Source of the DNA: a virus | Taxonomy: Duplodnaviria; Caudoviricetes | IMG/VR virus record: IMGVR_UViG_3300009161_000021 | Strand: one strand, 5' to 3' | DNA length: 64,000 nucleotides | Part shown: positions 1 to 9,954 of the stretch, piece by piece | How the letters are laid out: every line of letters starts with the position of its first letter | Numbering within the stretch: the first letter of the stretch is position 1 | Position numbers and translations under genes: made by a program | Notes under the pieces: model-generated | What the model saw: the letters and a program-made list of their open reading frames with translations, nothing else | Databases searched by the model: none | Told to the model about the DNA's origin: nothing

Positions 1-1827
1 CTGCAGCCTAGAGCTTACTCCGTAAGTCCGCGGATTCAGCGCGGTAGATTCTGGAAACGCCGCATCTGTTGAATTTTTTGATCTTTGAACTTGAGCGTTC
101 GATACCTCTATCGATATCTTTTCCAGTAAGAATGGGCTTCTTATCAAATCAGACATCTTCAGCAGCTGGGACGATGTAGCGTAATACTTGTTGTCTGCTG
201 GTGCGAACGCGGAGATGGTCGGCAATCCTACGTAAGAATTGTTTACCGCGTCATCGTAAAAAGGAGTATCATACTGATTTTCAGGCTTCACGAACATTTG
301 AACCATGCTCTGAGACCCTGTCGATCTGTAGAACTTTTTTAATCCGTTAACCACCTGTATTAAATCTGCGCAGATGTCAAAACTAATAGAACTCGCACGA
401 GATGATGGATCATTTAAGCCCTTGTATTCAAACTTTGATTCATCAAAATTAAAATATGCGACGCCGGTTCGATCAGCTGAATTTCCTCTGGACGTGAGAC
501 CAATTCCTAGTTGAAATTCACTAGAATTGACGATAGACTTTTGCAAAATAATTTTAGATCTTGCAGGAGCGCTGAACCCTGGCACAATATCGGGATCAGT
601 CCCGTTCAGGAAGAAATCCGTCGCAGGAATCGAGCGATTCTCATTGAACGGCCCGACGTTCTCAGTCGGTGAGTAATGCAAGTGATTCGGCTGTTGGAAT
701 GATCTGATCGGCAGCGAAGCGCTGATATCCGATTCCTGTCCGATGATGTCGACGGCCTGCGATGCGAACGAGCTGCCCTTCGGAAGCATCGTCGGGAAGA
801 CAATGTTCCCGGATTGGGAAAATACGATTGATGTGGCATCATTAAAATTTGATGATAGGGCACCTGTTCGGGTAGGATCGCCGGTGCGACGGACGGTCGA
901 GTATGATCCAGGAAGGTCATCGAGCTCACGGAGCATGAGGCGAGGAGAACGTGAGATGAAACCTGAGCTGCTGTTGAGTTCAAGACCACCTGATCTTGAT
1001 CCTGAATAGATCGCCGATACCTCTGCCGATGAGAGCTGCCGTCTCCAAATTCCAACTGCGTAGATATTTCCATCAACATCGGAGGTTGCATCGATGTTTC
1101 CAGAGCTGTTAATGTGAGCTCCAAGACGTGTTAATCCACTTGAGCCCGAGACTCCTGGGTAAGCCCCCACAGAAGCGTTATTCTCTGCTACCGATACACC
1201 ATCAACGTACATGGCAAAGCTATCAGTTGAAGAGTTTGCTATCACTCCATCGTAAGTTACAACAACATGATGCCATGCGCCATCTACGATAATGCCGCTA
1301 TTAGATCTGATGGACTTAAAAACACCTTCATTTGTTCCGTTCCCAAGACGAAAGTTGACCTGATTGCTCGAGTTAACGAAAAAATCAAGTTCTCTTTTCC
1401 CGGCTGCGTATTTTTCAAATATGACACTTACTGCCGAGGTGCTGTTCAGCTTAAACCACACAGAAATGCTAAATGGGACATCTCCAGTGCCATCGTTTCG
1501 ACGCATGACGTGATCTGGTAATTCTTTCGAAGACTCGACATAGTCAACCAAGTTGTTTGTCGTGTCAGACTTGAAAACTAAGCTAGTAGCAACTCTGCTT
1601 GCGATTATATTCGATTCCGGATTGTCGGATGAAATACCCGGACTCAGTCTCCCTGGTTTTAGGTAAAGATCATTGCCTCTTCCAGTTTCGTCTCGTAGTA
1701 TCCCGTTTGTCGCGTATGTCGGTCGGTAATAAGAGACTAAATCTTTGCTGACATCCCAGGTAGTCCCATTCAGAAGTGTGAACGGTCTCGAAAGGTTGAT
1801 CGGGATCTCTTGGTTTATTCTTGGCAT
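1..1827 (-). CDS. Virion structural protein with LamG/concanavalin-A-like domain (partial, runs off window start)
   Basis: ATG at 1827 directly after the stop of the upstream gene. Manual translation is open to position 1 (MPRINQEIPINLSRPF...). Contains LamG-type motifs FSISVWFK, GAWHHVVVTYDG, MYVDG, VGIWRRQLS. Missed by the ORF track because there is no stop in the window. Confidence 0.8.
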   Translation of the reverse strand, partial: MPRINQEIPINLSRPFTLLNGTTWDVSKDLVSYYRPTYATNGILRDETGRGNDLYLKPGRLSPGISSDNPESNIIASRVATSLVFKSDTTNNLVDYVESSKELPDHVMRRNDGTGDVPFSISVWFKLNSTSAVSVIFEKYAAGKRELDFFVNSSNQVNFRLGNGTNEGVFKSIRSNSGIIVDGAWHHVVVTYDGVIANSSTDSFAMYVDGVSVAENNASVGAYPGVSGSSGLTRLGAHINSSGNIDATSDVDGNIYAVGIWRRQLSSAEVSAIYSGSRSGGLELNSSSGFISRSPRLMLRELDDLPGSYSTVRRTGDPTRTGALSSNFNDATSIVFSQSGNIVFPTMLPKGSSFASQAVDIIGQESDISASLPIRSFQQPNHLHYSPTENVGPFNENRSIPATDFFLNGTDPDIVPGFSAPARSKIILQKSIVNSSEFQLGIGLTSRGNSADRTGVAYFNFDESKFEYKGLNDPSSRASSISFDICADLIQVVNGLKKFYRSTGSQSMVQMFVKPENQYDTPFYDDAVNNSYVGLPTISAFAPADNKYYATSSQLLKMSDLIRSPFLLEKISIEVSNAQVQRSKNSTDAAFPESTALNPRTYGVSSRLQ

Positions 1828-1828
1828 C

Positions 1829-2674
1829 TTACCTCTTCATCCCTGCGTATGCGATTGAATCTGTACCCGGAGAATCCTCCAAGTTAACCAGCTGCCCACT
1901 GCGAGCTGATATTGAACCTCGAGGGAAAAACTGTTCCGACGACTCTCTGCTCTGGTACAGTGCGCTTCTGATATCTCCCTGAAGCTCGAGAGCTGCGTCC
2001 TCCCGATCGGTTCCATCTTCGAATGGTGGCGCAAGATCCGAGGGATCGGAGAGATATGCGGGCTGCGGCAATCCGAGTGTGTCCTGTTCAAAGCACTCAT
2101 CAAGGTAAGGTTCGACCGGTCGATCGATCGGGAAAACGTAATCTACAATCATGTTCACACGACGTCTGACGTCCTCAGCGGCATTCGAGACTGCTCCACG
2201 TACGTCGTGTGGATCATAAGGCCAATCGATGGAGTTTCTGGATGCACGAGCTCGAATTGTGAGGGGCTCGATCACTCCGTCGTAGGAATCCGTATCTTTT
2301 GCGGAAAGATTCCAAAGCACCTGCGGATAGATGAGGGTTGATCCCTCATCCTGAATGAAGGTGACCGGGTTGAAGTTCGCCATATCTTCAAGTGTCGTGT
2401 CGTCCCTAAAGTCTTTCGGCATTCCAAATGAGAGAACTTCAAGCTCAAAATTTGGGAATTGCTCAACTTTTTTTGTTCCAACCTGGGTTGACAGATTCTC
2501 GTCAAACAGTTTGAGATTATCGATCCTCTGTCCGTCAACAATCATGACAGGAGAATTCAAGGGTCTTATCTTGGGCATCATGCCCTGATAGACCTGCCCG
2601 AAGGTTCTTAGCTCAACTCCCTGCAGGCTACCCGAGATTGACTCTGCGCCGATTGTTATCGCCTGTGATGCCAC
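1829..2674 (-). CDS. Hypothetical virion/tail-associated protein
   Basis: 281 aa ORF tightly coupled (1-nt gaps) within the baseplate operon; no recognisable motif. Confidence 0.6.
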   Translation of the reverse strand: MASQAITIGAESISGSLQGVELRTFGQVYQGMMPKIRPLNSPVMIVDGQRIDNLKLFDENLSTQVGTKKVEQFPNFELEVLSFGMPKDFRDDTTLEDMANFNPVTFIQDEGSTLIYPQVLWNLSAKDTDSYDGVIEPLTIRARASRNSIDWPYDPHDVRGAVSNAAEDVRRRVNMIVDYVFPIDRPVEPYLDECFEQDTLGLPQPAYLSDPSDLAPPFEDGTDREDAALELQGDIRSALYQSRESSEQFFPRGSISARSGQLVNLEDSPGTDSIAYAGMKR

Positions 2675-2675
2675 C

Positions 2676-5600
2676 TCAGATTCTCCTAACTGTTGCCGTC
2701 ACCTGACCGAGCTTGATAGTTCCGCGAAGACCGCGACGATCATTCTCACCGATGTATATTCCGCTCTGTAAGTAGTTAAATTTCGACCTTTCGAGCGAGT
2801 GGGGCTCAACAACGTAGTTTGATCCTAGAAATCTAGTGTTGCTGGGAATAAACTTCTCTATCATCGCGCCCATTGAAGCATCGAACCACTTGAAAAACTC
2901 GTAGAGCTGCTTCATCTTTATCTTCTCTGTCAGACGATTGAAGTAAACATCTCTCAGGGCGTCAAGACGAGGATAGTCAGGTGAGAATTGAAGCTCGGGC
3001 GACCCGATCGCATCGTCTATCTCATCCAGGGTCGCAAATATCTTGGAGATATCCTCGTCTAGAACTCTGGTCGCTGAGACCTCTATCGAGAATCTAAGGT
3101 CATCAACTGGAACCTCGGACCTTACGGTTTCATAAACAGGAGAGATCTCCGCATTGTCACGAATCGCCTGATCGTAATCCTGGAATCCTCGTATTCTTAT
3201 CTTGTTCGTGGTCTGCGCCTCGTCAAATTGCATCGAGATCACTGACGATGCGACCCTTTCATTAACGATCACCTGCTGTTGATTTCCGAAACCCGAACCG
3301 ATGAGATGAAGGTTGTTTTGCGAGAAGTCGATCAACCTAAGCGATCCACCAGCAGCCGATGATGTCAGCTCTTGGGTGCATGCAGCGTCAAATCTCAGCC
3401 TCTCCCATGATCCAGACATCGTGCGAACGAAGTTGTAGTTTGTGGCTGGATTTTCCACGCCGACGGATTCGACGTTTCTAGCATGCTCGAGAAGCTCATC
3501 GTTGGTGAGAGCTTTTGACCAGAACTTGATCCTTGAAATCTTTCCGCTGAACATCGACTCTTTCGCGTCTGCGGGAATCGACGTTGCGTTAAGGAGCTTC
3601 GAGCCTGCCTCGTACAAGGCCTGCGGACCAACGCAGAAGAACGCTCCTGATGTGTTGTATGACGAGATGGTGTCAACTACAGTACCAGCATCGAAGTAGG
3701 ATCCAGTGACACGCAGGTAGTCGGAAACACTTGGACCCTGGCGAGCAGCCCAGACGTAGTAGGATGAGCTCGGTTCATTCTCAGTCATGTCGCGACCGAA
3801 TGAGACATGCCACGTAGAACCGTCGAAAAGATCGCTTCCAGTCAAAGTAAGACGAAGGTATGGGTTTGATGATCCGTTCGAAGTTGCGACATAGAGATCG
3901 AGAGATGATGTCGCTATTCCGGACGTGGCGACAAGATTTGCGAAAACTCCGTGATGGTTGCTTGGAGATGAGGTTCCGGTGACATGAAACCGGGCCAAGC
4001 TCTGAACGGGCGCGTGATTTACTCCTGGCTCGAATTTGTAGAAAGCTTCGTATGACCATGAACCTGAGGTCATCAAGCCGTCTGAAACCGTGTTTGATTT
4101 TGTCGGAAGACCCGGTTCAACTCGTGAGGCGCTCAAGTATGAGCTTGAAACGAACGGAAGATAGTTCGGGATTCCAGTGATAGAATTGTAGCTGACTGCA
4201 CCTTCGAAGAGAGAACCGCTGAAATTCAGCATTCCCTGAACAACGGATTTGTTGGACCTGTTTGGAAGTATGTACCCGCTCTTTGTTCCGCCGTACTCTT
4301 TAAACTTTAGTATGCTGTCGGGTTCGATTCCAGCAGAACGAATCAGGCTCTTAACAGCGTGCAGGGTTCCTTTCGATTTCATGATGAAAGGAAACTCTTT
4401 GAGAACTCGCCTCCAAATCGTATTTTGAACAGCTTGATACGAAGCTTCTAGATCCATAACTTCGGAGGCCATTGATTCTCCAAGAACAAACCTTGAAGTT
4501 TCAACGTTCCTAAACATGTTCGGTAAGTTAAGACCGTAATGTTGAGCTAGAAATGGAAGCATCTGATCGGATATCGTTCCTGCATCAGAGTAATCCGTTG
4601 TTCTTAGCTTCGAGAAGTGATCAATGAAGCATTTTACCTCATCGAATTGCTTCGCCCAAACATAGAGCAACGAGCTTATGAGCTGAACAGACCCCAGCCT
4701 CGTGTCACGAGGGAGTGTGTTTCCAGAATCGATGCTGTCTCCGACACCTCCGTCTATCGAATCTAGAACGTAGAAGTCCTGCTCCCTGGTAAGATAGTGC
4801 TGCGGGATTAGCTTTGTGATAAGATTCGGGTTATTGGCATCGTATTGGGACGCTGAGGTCAGCAACGACGTGTTAAGAGAGACCACGTCCGGATGATCTG
4901 GGAAAAGAACCGGTGAGTGCTCTATCTTCTCAAAAGTTAAGGGTGATGCAGCGTGCGCCACTCGTTGCGAAGTCGAGTAATTGCTAATAGTGGCATGAAG
5001 TCCATTACCCGAGCTGTCGATAACCGTTGAGTTGTTCGTATACGATCCTGTAGGCTCGTTGAACCTATACAGCAATTTAAGAGATTGCTCAGAGTACACA
5101 GTCGATCGCATGCTGGAGCTTATCTCAAGAGCAGTTCTATTCCTGTGGAAGATACGAAGATCATCAATAGATCCTGAAAGCTTTGAGGCTGGTATGAACG
5201 TGTACGAGCTCCCAACACTGTGATTGGTGCCAGAACCTATCAAAAGAGGGCTCGACTTAAAATCTATCTGACCAATGTACGTTGAGTTGCTAGACGATGA
5301 AACTAGCTCTCCGTTCTTGAAGAGGTAAAGTCGATCGACGCCCGGGCTTCTGTTGAACTGTGCAGCAACAGATTGAAATGTGCCTTTGCTGACCTGCACC
5401 GATGAGGTCATGAAAGCCGATCCGGATGAGACGAAAAAATTTAGATTGCAGGTGCTTCTTGAAGAGCTCTGCGAAAGAGCTAGTGTGAACCCTTTATCAG
5501 AACCGCTTAGCTTTTGCAGAATTATTTGGTTTCCGTTGATCGCCGATGGGACGAACAGCTGCATCTCGACTGTCATCGATGATAAGCCCGGATCAAGTTT

Positions 5601-6062
5601 CGGAGCACCAGATTTGTCTCTCGACATCACGGGTATTTCAGAACCAGCACTGTCGACAACTTTAACGTAATTACTTGTGTCAAAGTTTAGATAACCGACG
5701 CTCTTCGGTGATGAGTCGAAAACGTATTTCTCGAAACCAGTTAAGTTATCAAAGAAAGTCTCAATCTCTAAGCGAGGACCATCGAAAGGAAACGAATTGA
5801 AGATAGTCTCAAAAGCTACGTTCGTTTTTGCCTGAGCTGAGTTAAAGAACGTGTGATTCTCAAAAAGAGACCAGTCAAGTGGCAGCTGCTGTGTGGACTT
5901 AAAACCGGAGCCCGGGGGATCAAAACGAAAAGATGAAGAAGTTGAGAGGTTCAGCTCTTCAACATCAGCAGCGGTGACATCGCGAATAACAGAGCTGTTA
6001 CCCTCCAGCTCTTTCGTAAGCTGCTCTTTGGCGAATCCGCCTGCGTAGAAGCTGTTAGGCAC
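2676..6062 (-). CDS. Large baseplate wedge/tail protein with two LamG-like domains
   Basis: 1128 aa. LamG-like segments (SMTVEMQLF...SGSIDDLRIFHR; WSYEAFYKF...WHVSFGRD...SGKISRIKFW) and a wedge-like LPFLAQHYGLNLP motif; adjacent to the gp6/gp25-like genes. Confidence 0.65.
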   Translation of the reverse strand: MPNSFYAGGFAKEQLTKELEGNSSVIRDVTAADVEELNLSTSSSFRFDPPGSGFKSTQQLPLDWSLFENHTFFNSAQAKTNVAFETIFNSFPFDGPRLEIETFFDNLTGFEKYVFDSSPKSVGYLNFDTSNYVKVVDSAGSEIPVMSRDKSGAPKLDPGLSSMTVEMQLFVPSAINGNQIILQKLSGSDKGFTLALSQSSSRSTCNLNFFVSSGSAFMTSSVQVSKGTFQSVAAQFNRSPGVDRLYLFKNGELVSSSSNSTYIGQIDFKSSPLLIGSGTNHSVGSSYTFIPASKLSGSIDDLRIFHRNRTALEISSSMRSTVYSEQSLKLLYRFNEPTGSYTNNSTVIDSSGNGLHATISNYSTSQRVAHAASPLTFEKIEHSPVLFPDHPDVVSLNTSLLTSASQYDANNPNLITKLIPQHYLTREQDFYVLDSIDGGVGDSIDSGNTLPRDTRLGSVQLISSLLYVWAKQFDEVKCFIDHFSKLRTTDYSDAGTISDQMLPFLAQHYGLNLPNMFRNVETSRFVLGESMASEVMDLEASYQAVQNTIWRRVLKEFPFIMKSKGTLHAVKSLIRSAGIEPDSILKFKEYGGTKSGYILPNRSNKSVVQGMLNFSGSLFEGAVSYNSITGIPNYLPFVSSSYLSASRVEPGLPTKSNTVSDGLMTSGSWSYEAFYKFEPGVNHAPVQSLARFHVTGTSSPSNHHGVFANLVATSGIATSSLDLYVATSNGSSNPYLRLTLTGSDLFDGSTWHVSFGRDMTENEPSSSYYVWAARQGPSVSDYLRVTGSYFDAGTVVDTISSYNTSGAFFCVGPQALYEAGSKLLNATSIPADAKESMFSGKISRIKFWSKALTNDELLEHARNVESVGVENPATNYNFVRTMSGSWERLRFDAACTQELTSSAAGGSLRLIDFSQNNLHLIGSGFGNQQQVIVNERVASSVISMQFDEAQTTNKIRIRGFQDYDQAIRDNAEISPVYETVRSEVPVDDLRFSIEVSATRVLDEDISKIFATLDEIDDAIGSPELQFSPDYPRLDALRDVYFNRLTEKIKMKQLYEFFKWFDASMGAMIEKFIPSNTRFLGSNYVVEPHSLERSKFNYLQSGIYIGENDRRGLRGTIKLGQVTATVRRI

Positions 6063-7574
6063 TTAGGACCCCACCGTGAATCTTACGTTTTTATCTTCGA
6101 CAATGTACTCCGATCCTTGATCGATTACCAGATAATCTACTGTCATTAGCTTACCAGCTGGTAAGCCGTCGGTGTAAAGATCAAAGAACAAACCTGAAGC
6201 ATCATTTGAAAGTCTTGTTCCACCTCGATCTCTCTCAAAAGGAACATAGACATTACTCTCTATGTCTCTTATCCTGTAGTACATCTCTGGAAGCGCGCTC
6301 TTAACGGGCTTGGGAACACGAACAGCAGACGGTTCGTAGTTCGAATCATACGCGAAGACTCGTAAGCGATGGGACGAATTAGCATCGTACTTCGACCTGA
6401 AGTTTGTTGTCTTAATCGAAAGTTGCCGCGGAACTGCACTCAGAGCTGTTCTCTCTGGCATCGAGCATGTTAGAAAAGTTGAGAGATAGACCACGCTTCC
6501 ATCTATCGATTGCCATTTTTCGCTGAAAGTGATGGACCCTGAGGCTCGCGCGTAATCAGAAATTTTGAGAGTCCCTGTTACGACCGAGCTGTCTTGCGCC
6601 GAGATGAAGAAGGATCCAACGTAAGAACCTGGTTTTTGGAACGAACTGACTGTCTGCTGTGAAGCAGAAATGATCTTTGTGAAAGATCCAGTGGAAAGAA
6701 CGATGCGCAAGCAGTTCGATCCCGTGATACTCTGGGAAGATGAAAGCAAGTTGCTCGCCACAGACCCGACCACGTTGTTGAGATATAAAGATCCAGAAGC
6801 ATCAAAGAAAGAAGATATATGCGCATCGAAGATTGCACTATTCGAGCTGACTTCTAAGTGAGGGACCAGCTCTTTGTTAGTCACATGCCTTGAAGCAAAC
6901 CTCTTGACGAACCTCGTCGTCTGATCAGTCTCCTGGCTGGATGTGAAAGCTACGACAAAACCATAGTTCGGTATCAAGTTTGAGATTGTTGCGGATACCA
7001 CGTCGGTTACGTCAACGAAAAGATCCTCATTACCAACAACAAACTGCTGCTTTGACTCAAGGCTTCTAAGTCCTAGACCGTCTTGAAGATTACCTGATGA
7101 GAAATAATCTACCCCGGTGTCTCCTACAGCTCCAGATCCGTAAGCTCCGGAGATCGACCATAGAACTCCAGATGAAGAGCTAAGATAGTTGCAAGAGTCG
7201 ATATCCGTGAATGAAGCTACATCACGACCGAAACCTTCACTAAAGTCTCTCGCGAGCGGAAAAACTGAGACGGTGAAATTTTGCGGAACAGGCAAGTTCG
7301 TTGCAACTGATCTCAATCTAAGACGTGCCGTGAAAGTGCTAGAATTCACGTCAAGAGACCCAGAAGAGAGAGAAACCAAACGAGAGATGTCAAACTTTAG
7401 GAGCAGTCGAGAGAGTTCTGTGTGTCCGCCTGTTGATCCAGAGAGAGTCTCGTCATAGAGCTTAAAAAGATCAAGAGTTCCCGCTCGTCCGACGTTAGCG
7501 TCTTTAACGCGAGATCCATCGACTATCTTATTCGTGATGTAAGTGTCAGCTGAAGCTGTTGCGATTATGTACAT
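6063..7574 (-). CDS. Virion structural protein, DNRLRE-like N-terminal domain
   Basis: 503 aa. ADTYI...ANVG...SRLLLKFD...ARLRL pattern resembles DNRLRE/CBM96-type beta-sandwiches; baseplate operon context. Confidence 0.5.
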   Translation of the reverse strand: MYIIATASADTYITNKIVDGSRVKDANVGRAGTLDLFKLYDETLSGSTGGHTELSRLLLKFDISRLVSLSSGSLDVNSSTFTARLRLRSVATNLPVPQNFTVSVFPLARDFSEGFGRDVASFTDIDSCNYLSSSSGVLWSISGAYGSGAVGDTGVDYFSSGNLQDGLGLRSLESKQQFVVGNEDLFVDVTDVVSATISNLIPNYGFVVAFTSSQETDQTTRFVKRFASRHVTNKELVPHLEVSSNSAIFDAHISSFFDASGSLYLNNVVGSVASNLLSSSQSITGSNCLRIVLSTGSFTKIISASQQTVSSFQKPGSYVGSFFISAQDSSVVTGTLKISDYARASGSITFSEKWQSIDGSVVYLSTFLTCSMPERTALSAVPRQLSIKTTNFRSKYDANSSHRLRVFAYDSNYEPSAVRVPKPVKSALPEMYYRIRDIESNVYVPFERDRGGTRLSNDASGLFFDLYTDGLPAGKLMTVDYLVIDQGSEYIVEDKNVRFTVGS

Positions 7575-9412
7575 CAGAGTGCCGTCCCGATAATGTCATT
7601 CTGGGGATATCTAAGCTCAAAAATACTTCCGGGTGGTCCAAAGACCACACCTCGCTTCGTGTACTGCTTGACGTTATGAGTCACGTTCGAGTACGTTCTT
7701 TCCTGAATCACCCCACTAAGACTTTCGACCTTAAGGTCGACTAGGGTCAATACCCCGGGGGTGTTGATTATGACGTTCTGCATGTCTGATAGCATGATCG
7801 GCTGATCGATCTGGAAGTTATTTACGGTCAGAATTCCAGTAAGTCTCGAAATAACGGACTGCAGTGTGGTTGATTTGTTGGCGTTAGGTGAAATGAAAAC
7901 AGTGAACTTAACGCGGAAGTTGATCACTTTAGCGTCAAGAACGTCTATCGCATCGCTGATCAGTCTATACTCATTAAGATAGACTCGTAGGTTCTTCTTA
8001 AGAGTATCAGGAGAGACCGTTAAGAATCCCGAGCTGTCCTTCGAACAGATGAAGAGTTGGCTTGCCAGAGGATTGTCTGGATTCGGCCTAACGGCAGCTC
8101 GATAGGCTCTCCCGAGCTTTGTTGGAAGCGTGTACACTCTAGAGATCAGGTCCTCTTTTGTAACGATTCTCTCTTGCTGATTTCTAGCGGCAGGAATCTG
8201 AGAACGAATTTCTTCGAGAGTCGGCGCATTGCTGCCTCCTGAAGCAGGCGAATCGTTTCTAACATCGAACGTGGTTCTGATGGAGGAAGCGACCGACGCA
8301 GGACATGCATCCGGAAATTCCATCTTAAGCGTCTGTATTCCACGAATTGTTCGCGCGGCAACGTTATGAGATGCTCCGCCTCCGTATCGATAAGTCACTG
8401 TTATTGTAGTATTCTCGGGTTTGACGCCCAAAGTTTTCGTGTTTAGAAGCGAGCTTGGGTCGATGCTAAAACGACTTAAAGTTGAAGTTCCGTAGAGCGG
8501 CAGAGCCAAAGTTTCAGGATCTGGAATCGCATCATCAGCCGTGGTAAGAGCAGTTCCACCCCCGAACTGTATCTTGGACTTTCTAGATGTCACATCGAAG
8601 TTATGAACAAATCTTCTTGGAGCCGGAATAACCTCGATGGATCTGGAAACTTCTTCGGAATCGACAGAAAGATTTGGGAAAGTTCTAAAAACGGTGTCCT
8701 GACTTAAAGTTTGAACTTCGTAGTAAACATTCCCTTCTGAGTCAACGACCTCCACAATTTCGCTCGGGTCAGAATTTCCAAGTGAAATTGTGAAAAATGG
8801 ATCTGGATTTGCTGCTATCTCGAAAGATTCGATCGCAATCTTTCCGGATACGCATGAGACGTCACGCTTCATTACGAAGCTTGAGGGATTTCCGGATGCG
8901 TCAACGTTTCCAACCACGTATTTCGACGCAAGCCCACCAAGTCGATTTTTCTCAGCAAAATCGACGTCCTCGGCAGTCGAGAATATGATTCCAGCTGATG
9001 ACGCCAAAAGCGTGCTCTGGAGAACTTTAGGAAGAGTGTCCTCATCTGGGACGTATTCCCCATCGATAAATCTTGAAGGAACTTCTACGAACATCGATAC
9101 TGTAGCGACCGAAGGAGAAGCTCCTTTCGGTTTGATTCCAGCTTCAGTTATCATCCTTGAAACGTTCGCGTTCTCGACAGCTGTCGACCATGACATTTCT
9201 CTGAACTGGTGATCGAGATAAAATGACATCGAGTCTGCCACGGAAGCAGCCATATCGAGCATCAAACCACCGACGCTTGCTTCCGAGAAGTCTTGTATTT
9301 TGTCTCCGAAATACGTTCTAGCGTATCTCAGGAGATCGCCTCTGAAAGAATCGAAATCTTTGTTAAGATACGTTCGATTTCTCAAGTTCTTAAGCTGCTG
9401 GTCACCCGCCAT
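7574..9412 (-). CDS. Baseplate wedge subunit (T4 gp6 / baseplate J-like)
   Basis: 612 aa. YLNKDFDSFRGDLLRYARTYF...DFSEASVGGLMLDMAA, VTYRYGGG, GGSNAPTLEEIRSQIP...RIVTKEDL motifs typical of gp6/J. Confidence 0.85.
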   Translation of the reverse strand: MAGDQQLKNLRNRTYLNKDFDSFRGDLLRYARTYFGDKIQDFSEASVGGLMLDMAASVADSMSFYLDHQFREMSWSTAVENANVSRMITEAGIKPKGASPSVATVSMFVEVPSRFIDGEYVPDEDTLPKVLQSTLLASSAGIIFSTAEDVDFAEKNRLGGLASKYVVGNVDASGNPSSFVMKRDVSCVSGKIAIESFEIAANPDPFFTISLGNSDPSEIVEVVDSEGNVYYEVQTLSQDTVFRTFPNLSVDSEEVSRSIEVIPAPRRFVHNFDVTSRKSKIQFGGGTALTTADDAIPDPETLALPLYGTSTLSRFSIDPSSLLNTKTLGVKPENTTITVTYRYGGGASHNVAARTIRGIQTLKMEFPDACPASVASSIRTTFDVRNDSPASGGSNAPTLEEIRSQIPAARNQQERIVTKEDLISRVYTLPTKLGRAYRAAVRPNPDNPLASQLFICSKDSSGFLTVSPDTLKKNLRVYLNEYRLISDAIDVLDAKVINFRVKFTVFISPNANKSTTLQSVISRLTGILTVNNFQIDQPIMLSDMQNVIINTPGVLTLVDLKVESLSGVIQERTYSNVTHNVKQYTKRGVVFGPPGSIFELRYPQNDIIGTAL

Positions 9413-9415
9413 TTA

Positions 9416-9916
9416 TCATCCCGTAAAGTTGAATGTGATTGATAGTGTCTGCTGCGTCAAGTTTGCGCGTGGCACAGAGTAAGTAATTGCTAATTTTATC
9501 TTTGAAAGAGCTGTTAGCCCAGCATCCTGGGGAGTTGCGATAAAATTTTCAAGAATTACGAACGGCATATACTTCGAGACAGCAGCGCTGATCCTTCTCA
9601 TTGCTTCCTGGTCACCGTCTTCTGAAGCAAGCTCATGTAGAATGGGCTTTAGATTAGCTCCGAAATCCACAAATCCGAGCCTCTCATTACGATTAGTGAG
9701 GATCAAGTTCGCTAGATTGTCTCTTATCTGGTCCCCAAGAGAACGATGCATCCTGAAGATTCCATCCTCGGTACTTCCAAGCTCTAGCGGAGTCTTAATT
9801 CCGATCGGAGGGGCGGTGACAACCGCTTTGCTGCGCTCATCAAAGTCAGATTTTTTTGTTCCGACACTGTTGAAGCTGTAAGATCTTGCTTGTGCCACCG
9901 GAGTTCCTCTCAACAT
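9416..9916 (-). CDS. Baseplate gp25/GPW-like sheath initiator (likely true start GTG near 9898)
   Basis: QIRDNLANLILTNRNERLGFVDFGANL...ISAAVSKYMPFV is the gp25 signature; GAGAGGA RBS precedes an internal GTG. Confidence 0.85.
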   Translation of the reverse strand: MLRGTPVAQARSYSFNSVGTKKSDFDERSKAVVTAPPIGIKTPLELGSTEDGIFRMHRSLGDQIRDNLANLILTNRNERLGFVDFGANLKPILHELASEDGDQEAMRRISAAVSKYMPFVILENFIATPQDAGLTALSKIKLAITYSVPRANLTQQTLSITFNFTG

Positions 9917-9954
9917 AAATAGAGCGATCCTCTATTTTCGTGAATCGCTTAGCG

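Noticed and set aside
606-1521. Track ORFs 606-1124 (-), 743-1009 (+), 1267-1521 (+)
   Set aside because: Shadow frames of the real 1-1827 minus-strand LamG gene.
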